Assembly: GCA_050250135.1 (NCBI GenBank)
Contig: JBFWPF010000004.1
Coordinates: 1,893-65,892 of the forward strand
Origin: Parachlamydiales bacterium
GTDB taxonomy: Bacteria; Chlamydiota; Chlamydiia; Chlamydiales; JAFEGQ01
Length of the DNA: 64,000 nt
Reading direction: 5' to 3'
This document shows positions 1-8,900 of this stretch, piece by piece. How positions within the stretch are numbered: the first letter of the stretch is position 1; each line of letters opens with the position of its first letter. The translations under genes and the position numbers were made by a program. The notes beneath the pieces are model-generated. The model saw only the letters and a program-made list of their open reading frames with translations, was not told the origin of the DNA and did not search any database.

Positions 1-232
1 TGATCTTCACCGAAGGGGCCTGGTAGTAGTTGAAGAGGCCGACCTGCGCTGGCCGCTCGATGGTGGCTCTACCAAGAACCTGGCCCCCCGAGGTGATAAA
101 GTTCGTAATGGTGTTGTTACGGGACAGGGCGGCAATCGCCTTCTCCCGTGGAGCGAGGACGGGGCTGGGGTTGTCCCAATGGTCCATGGCGTTCTTAAGG
201 GGTGTAAAAGGTCCTTCCATCCGATCCTCCAT
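1..232 (-). CDS. hypothetical protein, N-terminal fragment (gene runs off the left edge)
   Basis: Absent from the ORF track because it has no stop in the window. Reverse-strand reading from ATG 232 (second in-frame ATG at 220) gives MEDRMEGPFTPLKNAMDHWDNPSPVLAPREKAIAALSRNNTITNFITSGGQVLGRATIERPAQVGLFNYYQAPSVKI, open to position 1. Its composition is protein-like, unlike the Arg/Pro-rich listed ORFs 7..246 and 30..254. No family recognised. Confidence 0.4.
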   Translation of the reverse strand, partial: MEDRMEGPFTPLKNAMDHWDNPSPVLAPREKAIAALSRNNTITNFITSGGQVLGRATIERPAQVGLFNYYQAPSVKI

Positions 233-265
233 TGTAAAACCTTCAAAAGGATAGCAGAAGGGCGA

Positions 266-1123
266 TTAAAAGTCGACGAGATCGGTTAGGGGATAAAGGG
301 CTAGCTGGTAGGCGGATAGGGTCGATTGAGGGAAGAGATGGAGGACGCTATGGGCCATCTCCGGAGTGATAGCAGCAATTGAGGTGACTGAATTTTTTAG
401 TAATAGGATGTGGCTGTGGGCGCTGAGGGTGCCGGGGGGTTGAACCCTTGACTGTGACCTATCGTCTCGAGGGGGCGGCAGGGGGTGGTCAGATGTCGCC
501 CATCGCGACGAGGCCGGGTTTGTAAACCCGGGTGAGGAGGGATTTGCGGCAGATGACCGCCCACTGCCGATGCCCTCGGGGCTAGAGGGCTCAGTCAGGG
601 GTTCGAAAGGGTTTTTATAGAGGACGGAGGTGAGTTTTTTATTGAGGGGGTAGGGGGCACTAAAGTCGGTGGCGACCCCCACGATGGCGGCGTAGCCCCC
701 CTTTTGATGGATTGGGGGGAGGGCGTAGTAGCGCTCCTTGTGGTCGAAGATGGCTTCGTTATGGATGGGGGGCGCTGTGATAAAGGTCGCTTCGAGCTGA
801 TCAAAGGTGATCAGGCCGGTGTAGGCAAAGGGGCCGCCCGCTTTTTGGTAGCCCAGCTTGTAGAGGTCGGCAGCGGTAAGACCGCCGCCAGTGAGTGTGG
901 CGGTGGGCTGGCTCCCTTTGGGGAGGATAAAGAGGCCGGTGGTGAGGAGGCGGGGGCCGTAGATCAGCTGGTGGGTCTTGGTGGATTGGGTGTAGGCGGT
1001 GCCGTTTAGGACGACCGTCTCGCCAAGGCTCTCCATCGACTCGGGTGAGCCGATTTCAAAGGCGGCGAGGAAAGCGCTCGCGTCGAGCCAGCGCTCTTTC
1101 AGCTCTTTGGTGACCCTCCCCAT
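266..1123 (-). CDS. hypothetical protein
   Basis: ORF 266..1213. The first 30 codons overlap the 3' end of the malic enzyme gene, so the internal ATG at 1123 (MGRVTKELKERW...) is the preferred start. No recognisable motifs. The C-terminal third is Ser/Pro-rich. Confidence 0.45.
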   Translation of the reverse strand: MGRVTKELKERWLDASAFLAAFEIGSPESMESLGETVVLNGTAYTQSTKTHQLIYGPRLLTTGLFILPKGSQPTATLTGGGLTAADLYKLGYQKAGGPFAYTGLITFDQLEATFITAPPIHNEAIFDHKERYYALPPIHQKGGYAAIVGVATDFSAPYPLNKKLTSVLYKNPFEPLTEPSSPEGIGSGRSSAANPSSPGFTNPASSRWATSDHPLPPPRDDRSQSRVQPPGTLSAHSHILLLKNSVTSIAAITPEMAHSVLHLFPQSTLSAYQLALYPLTDLVDF

Positions 1124-1151
1124 GAGGACATGGTCGATGTGGCCGACGATT

Positions 1152-2822
1152 TTAGCTTGCAACGGTCCGGAGGTATTCGGGTTTCCAGCTGTTGGCGGCG
1201 ATCTGCCGCTCAAGGTCGGTGGTGTGGCCCGCTACTCCCTCCTCAACAGCGGTGAGGGCCACGGCAAGGGCGATCGTCTTGGAGACGGCAGGGGTCTGGT
1301 CCAGCGGGGGGAGGAGGGGGAGGCGCGGGTCCTTGCGGCAGGGGCTAGCCTCGGAGAGGGCCCGGCAGGCGGCAGCGATCATCTTGTCGGTGACCTTGGT
1401 GGCCTTGGAGGCGATGACGCCGGCGCCAAGGCCGGGGAAGATATAGGCGTTGTTGCTCTGCGCGATGTGAACCTGTCTCCCATTGACCTTTACAGGGGGA
1501 TAGGGGCTGCCGGTGGCGATCAGGGCCTTTCCGTTTGTCCACTCGAGGAGGTCGCGGGGGTCGGCCTCAGAGCGGGAGGTGGGGTTGGAGAGGGAGAGGA
1601 TAATCGGTTGGGGGCAGCCTTTGGCCATCTGGCGGACCACCTCCTCGTTAAAGGCCCCCCGCACGGCCGAGCAGCCGATCAGGACGGTGGGCTTGTAACG
1701 ATTGACGGCAGACAAGAGGTCCCCCTTTTCGCTTGGGGGCCGTGCGTAGGGCTTTTGAGCGGGGGTAAGGTCCTTCATGTCGGTCGTGAGGATCCCAGGG
1801 CGGTCGAGGGGGACGATCTTGGAGCGGGCCTCATCGAGGGAGATACCCTCGGCGGTCATCGCTAGGGCGATCTGGTCGGCAATCCCCATTCCAGCGGTCC
1901 CGGCTCCAAAAAGGACGATCCGCTGGTCGGAGAGCTTGCTCCCCGTGGCGGTAAGGCCAGAGAGGAGGCAGGCGAGGGCTGTCGCTCCGGTCCCTTGGAT
2001 ATCGTCGTTAAAGCTGCAGATCTGGTCGCGGTAGGTGTCGAGGTTGCGGCGGGCATTTTCCCGACCAAAGTCCTCCCAGTGGAGGTAGACGCCGGGGAGG
2101 GTCTTTTGCACCGCAGCGACAAAGCGGGCGATAAAAGAGTCGTATTCCTTGCCCGAGAGGCGTTTGTGGCGCCAGCCGAGGTACATCGGGTCGTAGAGGA
2201 GCTGCTCGTTGTTCGTGCCGACATCAAGGGCGATCGGGAGAGTCCGAAGGGGGTTGATAGCGCCGCAGAGGGTGTAGACCTGGAGCTTGCCGATGCAGAT
2301 GTCCATCCCCCCCACCCCCTGGTCGCCGATCCCGAGCACCCCCTCGCCGTCGGTGCAGACGATCAGGTCGATCTCGGGGTGGGCCCGGTTGGCCAAAATC
2401 TCGAGAGCGAGGTCGATATCGGGAGCGGCTAGGTAGAGGCCGCGGGTAGCCCGCAGCTCGAGGCTAAACTGCTCGACCGCCTCGCCAATCGTTGGGGTGT
2501 AGATGATCGGGAGCATCTCCTCGACATGCTCTTGGGCAAGGCGGTAGAAGAGGCGCTCGTTTTTCTCAAAGAGGGTGTTGAGGTAGATGTTCTTCTGCAG
2601 GTCGGTGCCACACCGCTTGTACTGCTCGTAGTGGCGGCGCACCTGCGTCTCCATATCTTCAACCGCGTAAGGGAGGCGGCCCAGGATCTTGAGCTCCCGC
2701 CTCTCCTCTTGGGTAAAGGCACACCCCTTGGTCAATTTGCCAGAGGAGAGGAGGTCCTTGCCCTTTAGATCGGTCGCGATCACCTTCTCGCCCGTTGAGA
2801 GGGTCTTCAGTGTGTAGTGCAT
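1152..2822 (-). CDS. maeA: NAD(P)-dependent malic enzyme
   Basis: 556 aa. Typical malic-enzyme blocks are present: IYTPTIGEAVEQFS, VCTDGEGVLGIGDQGVGGMDICIGKL, FNDDIQGTGA, LFGAGTAGMGIA, LSNPTSRSE, SNNAYIFPGLGAG. Confidence 0.92.
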   Translation of the reverse strand: MHYTLKTLSTGEKVIATDLKGKDLLSSGKLTKGCAFTQEERRELKILGRLPYAVEDMETQVRRHYEQYKRCGTDLQKNIYLNTLFEKNERLFYRLAQEHVEEMLPIIYTPTIGEAVEQFSLELRATRGLYLAAPDIDLALEILANRAHPEIDLIVCTDGEGVLGIGDQGVGGMDICIGKLQVYTLCGAINPLRTLPIALDVGTNNEQLLYDPMYLGWRHKRLSGKEYDSFIARFVAAVQKTLPGVYLHWEDFGRENARRNLDTYRDQICSFNDDIQGTGATALACLLSGLTATGSKLSDQRIVLFGAGTAGMGIADQIALAMTAEGISLDEARSKIVPLDRPGILTTDMKDLTPAQKPYARPPSEKGDLLSAVNRYKPTVLIGCSAVRGAFNEEVVRQMAKGCPQPIILSLSNPTSRSEADPRDLLEWTNGKALIATGSPYPPVKVNGRQVHIAQSNNAYIFPGLGAGVIASKATKVTDKMIAAACRALSEASPCRKDPRLPLLPPLDQTPAVSKTIALAVALTAVEEGVAGHTTDLERQIAANSWKPEYLRTVAS

Positions 2823-4477
2823 TAGGCCCCTCCCGTATGCGCGAGGCGGACGATCTCCGCATTCTCCGAATAGTCGATCGGGACGCTGATCACCACAGGC
2901 CCCTCTGCCGCCAGAGCCGCTTTGAGGGTGCTCTCAATCTGATCAGGTCTCTCCAGCCTCATCCCTTTCGCTCCCATCGATTCGGCATATTTCACCGTGT
3001 CGATCTGCCCAAAGTGGGCGGCCGAGTCGCGCCCATACTTCTGCAGCTGCTGGATCCTCACCAGGTCGTAGGCGGCATCCTCCCACACCAAGTGGATGAT
3101 CGGTGACTTAAGGCGGACGGCCGTCTCGAGCTCCATCGAACACATCAGGAAGGAGCCATCTCCAGAGATCGAGACCGCCTTGGTGCCCGGCCTTGCCAAA
3201 GTAGCGGCAATGGCGTAGGGGATTGAGATCCCCATCGTTTGAAAGCCCATGCTGGTCAGCAGGTGGGCTGCCTCGTAGCAGAAGAAGTGGCGCATCATCC
3301 AGTACTGGTGGCTCCCCACATCGGAAACCACCGTCACGGTGTCGTCCAGAATCTGGCGCAGTTCGTAGATCAGCCGTAAGGGGTGGATCGGTGTGCCGCT
3401 AAGGCTCTTTCCCCGCTCTAGCTGTGAGTCGAGCTCCCGTTTCGCCTTTTGGGCGGCATCGGGGAGCGTCCCTTTCTGCTCACCCAGCGTGTCGGCAAGC
3501 CGTTTGAGGTTGGTTGGAATATCCCCCACCAGCTCGATATCGGGTTGGTAGTACTGGTCGGCCTGCGCCGCCACCTCGTCGATGTGGATCAGCGTTCGCT
3601 TCAGCCCCTTGTTCCAAATCGAGGGGTCATACTCGACCGGATCGAATCCGATCGCGATTACCAGGTCGGCCGCGTCGAGGACCTTGTCCCCTGGCTGATT
3701 TTTAAAGACGCCGAGCCGCCCCATAAAGCGGTGGACGAGTTTGCGGGGGACCGCCCCTGCCGCCTCGAAGGTGGCGCAGATCGGCACCTCAAACCGCTCC
3801 AGAAAGGGGCGCAGCCCTGCCGTTACGTGGGCCTTACCTGCTGCAAGGCCCAACAGGAGCACCGGATTCTTAGCCCCCTTAATCCTCTCCGCTGCCTCCC
3901 GAATCGTATCCTCGGTTGCCCTCCCCAGCGGGTAGGGGTGGGGGGTGATCGGGCGGGCGCCGCTCTCCATTTTCAGAACATCGGAGGGGATCGAGATGTG
4001 GGTCGGCGCCTCTTGCGGTGCGCTCGCTAGCCGGAAGGCGGTCGCGACCGCATCGGGCACGCTCTCCACGTGGGAGATCTCGCAATTCCACTTGGTGATC
4101 GGACGGAAGAGGCCGACGGCGTCGATATTTTGGTGGGCCCGCTTGTACTGCATCGCGCTCGGCAGCTGCCCTGTAATCGCAACCACCGGTGACCGCTCCG
4201 ACCAGGCGGTGGCGATCCCCGTGACCAAATTCGTCAGGCCCGGCCCCGCCGTGGCCAAGCAGACGCCCGGCTTTCCCGTGATGCGCCCATAGGCCTGGGC
4301 CATAAATGCGGCATTCTGTTCGTGGCGGCAGAGGATGATTTTGGGGCCGTGGTCGACGAGGACATCGAGTATCGGGTCGATGGAAGCGCCGGGGACAGTA
4401 AAAATAACCTCGACCCCTTGTGCCTCTAGACACCCAACAAAGAGCTCAGCACCCGATAGACCCATGGTCCCTTCCAT
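2822..4477 (-). CDS. alsS: thiamine-diphosphate enzyme, catabolic acetolactate synthase (AlsS)-like
   Basis: 551 aa. N-terminal ThDP pyrimidine-binding block RHEQNAAFMAQAYGRITGKPGVCLATAGPGLTNLVTG, then KRAHQNIDAVGLFRPITKW, and C-terminal ThDP block ISGDGSFLMCSMELETAVR. Its stop overlaps the maeA start by 1 nt (TAATG). Confidence 0.8.
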   Translation of the reverse strand: MEGTMGLSGAELFVGCLEAQGVEVIFTVPGASIDPILDVLVDHGPKIILCRHEQNAAFMAQAYGRITGKPGVCLATAGPGLTNLVTGIATAWSERSPVVAITGQLPSAMQYKRAHQNIDAVGLFRPITKWNCEISHVESVPDAVATAFRLASAPQEAPTHISIPSDVLKMESGARPITPHPYPLGRATEDTIREAAERIKGAKNPVLLLGLAAGKAHVTAGLRPFLERFEVPICATFEAAGAVPRKLVHRFMGRLGVFKNQPGDKVLDAADLVIAIGFDPVEYDPSIWNKGLKRTLIHIDEVAAQADQYYQPDIELVGDIPTNLKRLADTLGEQKGTLPDAAQKAKRELDSQLERGKSLSGTPIHPLRLIYELRQILDDTVTVVSDVGSHQYWMMRHFFCYEAAHLLTSMGFQTMGISIPYAIAATLARPGTKAVSISGDGSFLMCSMELETAVRLKSPIIHLVWEDAAYDLVRIQQLQKYGRDSAAHFGQIDTVKYAESMGAKGMRLERPDQIESTLKAALAAEGPVVISVPIDYSENAEIVRLAHTGGA

Positions 4478-4632
4478 AGCGGAGGGGAGACTTATTTATC
4501 CAACAAACTATTGGGTCAGGAGTAGGTGGTGCGCCTGCTCAATCCACGAGAGCAAAATCCTCAGCTGACTTTGTGAATTTATTTCCTGGGATTGGAATAA
4601 AGCCTGCGCAGGCGGCTGAGGATCTTTGTAGG

Positions 4633-5235
4633 TTACCTCTCCACGACCTCTTGCTGCTCAATTTGAACTTCGAGCCATTCGGTCAACTTCTCTAGGTCCA
4701 TAGGCGCCAGCGTGCTAGGAGACTGGGTCTCGGCGCATACCCGACTTAGTGAAAGGGACCAATCATCGGGGGGGCTCCCCTGCCTGCTCCATTGAGCGCC
4801 CTTGTGAATAAAGCCAACGGGGTTCCCCTTTTCGTCTATCCCTAGGCGGAGAGAATCTGCTAGATTAGTGCAGAAATAGCCCTTCGATTGGTACTCCAGA
4901 GCATCATCCACTATTTGCTTGAGGGCCTTCAGCTTCTGCCCGAGGGTGGCGGTGATCTCATCGGGCCATGGGTCGGCATCCCAGCAGGGCTTGGCGCTTA
5001 GGTCGCCGCTCCTCGTCTCCACCCTCTTCAACTCTTCGCGGAGGGTATCCGTTTTCCCCACCTTTCCGCTACAGACTGTAGCAGCAAAGCCGAGGGGGAG
5101 GAGGGCGGTGGCGAGGGCAGCCTTGCGCTGGTCAATGAGGCGGAGGGCCACCGGGATGGCGCAGAGGGCTGCTCCGACGAGAAAGGTCTTTGTCCACTCT
5201 TCACCTGTCTGTGGGCTACAAATTGGATGTACCAT
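4633..5235 (-). CDS. membrane-anchored hypothetical protein (hairpin-TM paralogue family, one C-terminal module)
   Basis: 200 aa. N-terminus QTGEEWTKTFLVGAALCAIPVALRLIDQRKAALATALLPLGFAATV is near-identical to the N-terminus of ORF 5456..6577. It forms two hydrophobic helices split by a short polar loop. Confidence 0.65.
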   Translation of the reverse strand: MVHPICSPQTGEEWTKTFLVGAALCAIPVALRLIDQRKAALATALLPLGFAATVCSGKVGKTDTLREELKRVETRSGDLSAKPCWDADPWPDEITATLGQKLKALKQIVDDALEYQSKGYFCTNLADSLRLGIDEKGNPVGFIHKGAQWSRQGSPPDDWSLSLSRVCAETQSPSTLAPMDLEKLTEWLEVQIEQQEVVER

Positions 5236-5455
5236 CGCTGATCTCCCGTTGTTAGGAATTTAGGGTGCCAATTTTTTGCTTCGGCCTTCCGAGATTGAGT
5301 ATCCCATTCTCTAGCCGACAGCCATACTTATTGCTATAGGCGCATACCCAAGGACTGAACAGGGACTTGGGGTCTTTAGGGGCAAGGTCTGCCCCCACAG
5401 TCCTTGCCCAGTCGCTGTCGCTTTGCGGGTTAAAAATGGGGTGATCTATCTACTG

Positions 5456-6577
5456 CTAGAGCTTCTCTGCTACCTCTATCCATTTCTGGAGAGTGGGCTG
5501 TGCGTTAGCCGCCTTCAGGCTAGACTCGTCAAGGGTGTAGAATTTAAAGTTCTCGAACCACCCCTCCTGAGTATCCTCCACCGTTTTTTTGCAGTATCCC
5601 CCATTCCAATACGGAATCCAACAGCCCCGTCCGTCATCATAGGCGTTGGCAAGCTTCGACGCAGGAACATAGCCGGCATCCCACATGGTCTTGAGCTCTC
5701 GGGCGAGCGTTAGAAAGAGCTGGCATCTCTCCTCTGGCGAGGCATGGGGCACCTTGGTCGCTATGGAATTGAACCTAAGCTCATCGACCCGAATACTTGT
5801 TGTGCCCTGCGGAGCCTGCTTGAGATTGAGGAGTTCCTGGACAGAGCGGCCCTTGTTGGCAGATGGGCTCGACACGAAGGGAAAGGGCTCTATATGCAGC
5901 TCTTCCGGGAGCGTACGGAACTGTTGCTCTGCAGCTTTGATCCAGTTTGCAAGATCGGGTTGCTCGTTCAACTGGTCGAAGGATGTAGCGCCGCTGAAGC
6001 AGGTCTGGAAGAACTGATATAGGCCTTGCTCGGTTTCGTACTCCTCCTTCGGCGCAAACCCATCCAACCAGTAAGGAACCCAAGAGCCCCCGTTTTCTTG
6101 GTAGGCCTGAGCAGCGGCTACCTGTCCCCAGAGGGCTGGCACATACTGTTTCTCCTGCCACATAGTCTGGAGATCATAGGCAAGGGTGATGTACACCTCG
6201 AGGATCTCCTTTTTAGAAGCAAGGGGCTCGGAATTCAATTCTAGAGAATCTTTGAGATAGTCGGCTCGGGAACTCATTACCTCGTGGGGAGGTGTGAGGC
6301 CTTCGATCTGCTGGACAGTGCGGCGGTAAGAGGGGGACTTTTCCTGTTGCGGTCCTTTAGGTTGGTTCTCCCGGGTGATCTCTTGCTCCCCTTGTCCCTT
6401 GGCATAGGCAATCGTTGCAGCAAAGGTGAGGGGGAGGAGGGCGGTGGCGAGGGCCGCCTTTTGCCGCCCAAAGAGGCGGAGGGCCACAGGGATGGCGGTC
6501 AGGGCAAGCCCAGTTCCGATGGTCCACGCCCAGTCCTGGTTGGTTTGTGGATTAAGTATTGGGTTCTCTATAGCCAT
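5456..6577 (-). CDS. membrane-anchored hypothetical protein (hairpin-TM paralogue family, two internal modules)
   Basis: 373 aa. N-terminus QTNQDWAWTIGTGLALTAIPVALRLFGRQKAALATALLPLTFAATI. The soluble part holds two copies of a roughly 120-aa module: ...LAYDLQTMWQEKQYVPALW...GGSWVPYWLDGF... and ...LARELKTMWDAGYVPASKL...GRGCWIPYWNGGY... Confidence 0.7.
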   Translation of the reverse strand: MAIENPILNPQTNQDWAWTIGTGLALTAIPVALRLFGRQKAALATALLPLTFAATIAYAKGQGEQEITRENQPKGPQQEKSPSYRRTVQQIEGLTPPHEVMSSRADYLKDSLELNSEPLASKKEILEVYITLAYDLQTMWQEKQYVPALWGQVAAAQAYQENGGSWVPYWLDGFAPKEEYETEQGLYQFFQTCFSGATSFDQLNEQPDLANWIKAAEQQFRTLPEELHIEPFPFVSSPSANKGRSVQELLNLKQAPQGTTSIRVDELRFNSIATKVPHASPEERCQLFLTLARELKTMWDAGYVPASKLANAYDDGRGCWIPYWNGGYCKKTVEDTQEGWFENFKFYTLDESSLKAANAQPTLQKWIEVAEKL

Positions 6578-6636
6578 GGGTGAACCTATAATTTTATTAA
6601 GGATTGTGAATTGTCAGGGCCTTTTTGTCAAGGGGC

Positions 6637-8298
6637 TTAAGCAGCTTGCAGAGAGTAGGTTGTCGTGTTCCAGGGCCAGCCTAGGGCGCGCATCACATCG
6701 GAGGTGGTGATCGGAAGGTAATAGAGGGTGGAGGGGCCAGGGAGTGTGTTGAAGTGAAAACCCAAACGGCTAAGGAACTTCCGAATAGTGGAGGAGCCAA
6801 AGTTGACGGGGGAGGTAAGGGTCTCGGTTGGCTGCCACAGGTCGATAGGGGGGAGGGGCTGGTGGGCCAGGTCGCCGAGGGCTAGCCGGGTCCTCTCAAG
6901 CTCCTTGGCCCACTCGTAGGCGGTGGGAAGGGAAGCGTGGGGATCCGTTGCGCAGGCCCAGCAGCGGGCCCTAAGGGCGGCCACAGCCGGCTCGTCGCCA
7001 TAGGTGGCAAAGACCGGCTTGCAGATCTCGCGGATGTTGTAGGCTAAGTTGCGCAGGTCGGACCGCTCAGGGAAATTATCCCAAGTCGGAAGGGGGTGGG
7101 CAAGGCCCAGGTCGCTCAGCTTGCCGGTGTGGAGGCCGTCAGCGCGGACCAGCATATTTCCCAGATGGAGGTCCCCATGGCTATAGCCGGCCCTGTGAAG
7201 GTCCCCAAGGCCGAGGGAGACCCCCTCCATCACATGAAGCCTATCAGCGGCGGTCGAGCTGGGCCACTCATAGTAGTGCCAGCCGTCGGTATCCATCAGC
7301 TCTTCAATGAGGCAGAGCTTCTGGCCATAGTACTGATGACTGTACTGAAGGGAGAGCTCAGCGCCCCCGGCGATGTGAGCTGAACGAATGCTCTTGGCAA
7401 GGGCATCTTCCGCCAGGGCCATGTCGACGTGATGCCGGACCGTTAGCTCAGCCATCCGCTTGGCATGCCCATTCTCAATCTTCAGGCAGACGTAGGCCCG
7501 TTTGAAGGCGCCAGAGCCGAGCGGCTCAATCCCCCCCTTGGTTTTGAGGTGGATGTAGAGGCCCTCTGGGGTGAGGGTAATCGAGCGAGGGAGCGCTTCC
7601 AAGGAGCCTTTGATGCGGGTCGCCTCGAGGACGGCGTGGCTTTCGCTGTAGTCGAGAATAGCGTCGAATTCAGACCGGGTTAGCCCCGTCTTCATCCCCT
7701 GGATTTCCTCCCACAGTTGAGCCCGCAGATCGATAGCAGGGGGAAGATCGATCGGCAGAGGAGGGGGGGTCTGCCACCCCTCCCGAAGCTGGAACGCTGC
7801 CCCGACAAGACGCATCAAGGCCAGGCCTACCTTGCTGAGAGCCTGCACCCGCTCCTCGGCCTCGCTGGCCTCTTGAAACTCGGTAAGCGACTGGGTGAAA
7901 AGGGAGGCGGCCACGACCTCGGGCCGCTTGAAAAACAGGGAGGCGATAAAGAGGACCTGATTGGCTGCCCGCGCGGCGGCCTTCAGGTCCTGCCCCTCAT
8001 AAAGGTCAAAGGCGATCTGGGCGAGGGCCTGGTAGATCGGAACGAGCGCCGGCCTAAAGAGGGAGAGCGTCACATGAGCTGTGGTGTGGCTCAAGAGGAG
8101 AGCCCCCTCTTGGAACTCGCCAGAATAAAGGCGGTAGGCACCGAGCCCGAGTTGGTAAGCGCTGCAGGCCAGCGAGACAGGACGGGCGATAGGGCGCCCC
8201 ATCAGGAGAAAAGGGACCAACCCACTAAGGGCGCGAAAAGGCCCTTTAGCGGAATGGATAATGGGGTCGGGTCTAGCGGCAAAATCGATTTGGTCCAT
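6637..8298 (-). CDS. eukaryotic-like Ser/Thr protein kinase domain protein with hydrophobic N-terminal region
   Basis: 553 aa. Kinase motifs in order: Gly-loop GSGAFKRAY, VCLK lysine, catalytic loop HRAGYSHGDLHLGNMLV, and DLG (the DFG equivalent) in KLSDLGLAH. The N-terminal ~180 aa contain several hydrophobic helices. Confidence 0.75.
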   Translation of the reverse strand: MDQIDFAARPDPIIHSAKGPFRALSGLVPFLLMGRPIARPVSLACSAYQLGLGAYRLYSGEFQEGALLLSHTTAHVTLSLFRPALVPIYQALAQIAFDLYEGQDLKAAARAANQVLFIASLFFKRPEVVAASLFTQSLTEFQEASEAEERVQALSKVGLALMRLVGAAFQLREGWQTPPPLPIDLPPAIDLRAQLWEEIQGMKTGLTRSEFDAILDYSESHAVLEATRIKGSLEALPRSITLTPEGLYIHLKTKGGIEPLGSGAFKRAYVCLKIENGHAKRMAELTVRHHVDMALAEDALAKSIRSAHIAGGAELSLQYSHQYYGQKLCLIEELMDTDGWHYYEWPSSTAADRLHVMEGVSLGLGDLHRAGYSHGDLHLGNMLVRADGLHTGKLSDLGLAHPLPTWDNFPERSDLRNLAYNIREICKPVFATYGDEPAVAALRARCWACATDPHASLPTAYEWAKELERTRLALGDLAHQPLPPIDLWQPTETLTSPVNFGSSTIRKFLSRLGFHFNTLPGPSTLYYLPITTSDVMRALGWPWNTTTYSLQAA

Positions 8299-8327
8299 AA
8301 TCGCACGAGATTATAGACCAATCTCGA

Positions 8328-8603
8328 TTATTTGTAAAAGCTTGTTCGCCCTAGCCAGTTATGAATTAACCCGATAAGCCCAAAGAAGATGAACATGTCG
8401 GCAAATCCATAGATCATCCCAACAATGCTTCCGGTCCAGGAAATTTTATATCCTGGATAGATGCTTGTTAGGATATTGAGCCACGCGCTCCCATAGCTAA
8501 ACCAGATGTTGAGCCAGGTGACAATAAGCGTACAAATGCCGAAAACAATCCCGGCTGCTAGTCCAAGTCTTACTGGACTAATGGGTTCTGTGCCCTTCTT
8601 CAT
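8328..8603 (-). CDS. small integral membrane protein
   Basis: ORF 8328..8621. The ATG at 8603 is preceded by GGAGGAGGAG. It has three predicted hydrophobic helices and lies in a visibly AT-richer stretch. Confidence 0.5.
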   Translation of the reverse strand: MKKGTEPISPVRLGLAAGIVFGICTLIVTWLNIWFSYGSAWLNILTSIYPGYKISWTGSIVGMIYGFADMFIFFGLIGLIHNWLGRTSFYK

Positions 8604-8667
8604 TACTCCTCCTCCATCCATTAGGGGGTTTCCCCTCTATTAAAATAATTAGTATATTTTTGACTAC

Positions 8668-8900
8668 CCCTTGATATCAGGGATACCCTCCCCTTCAGGC
8701 GGCCGAGGGCTTGCCGCAGCTCCGGCCGCGACCCGGTCCCTCTGGATTTTTGCCACAGAGAGCACAGAGGGAGGCAGAGGCGGTCCTATTCCTCCGGAAC
8801 AAGACCACATGCCTGCTCCCTAGGGGATAAGCCCCTGGGGAGCAATCCCAACGTTCCCATCGAATACCTCCCCATTTCGGCCAAGTGGGGAATAGGTTAT
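8668..8900. repeat. mosaic intergenic repeat (modules shared with 13656..13828 and 35526..35787)
   Basis: Bounded by the direct repeat CCCTTGATA (8669 and 8901). Module CCCCTGGGGAGCAATCCCAACGTTC (8832-8857) recurs at 35603-35627. Module TTTTGCCACAGAGAGCACAGAGGGAGGCAGAGG (8746-8780) recurs in reverse complement at about 35716-35753. CCTTGATATCAGGG resembles 13684 and 13790. Confidence 0.6.

Noticed and set aside
999-1865. 288-aa ORF on the plus strand, with similar long ORFs at 1995..2432, 3449..4030, 7717..8316 and 9620..10219
   Set aside because: They lie antisense to, or out of frame with, genes that have clear family motifs (malic enzyme, AlsS, kinase, RtcB). Their Gly/Arg/Ala/Pro-rich, low-complexity translations are typical of spurious open frames in high-G+C DNA.
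5236-5455. Protein-like open frame in the gap between the two hairpin-TM paralogues, on the minus strand (IDHPIFNPQSDSDWARTVGADLAPKDPKSLFSPWVCAYSNKYGCRLENGILNLGRPKQKIGTLNS)
   Set aside because: There is no ATG, only an internal GTG that gives 48 aa. There is no RBS and no convincing similarity to the neighbouring paralogues. It could be a decayed gene fragment, but the evidence is too thin to annotate.
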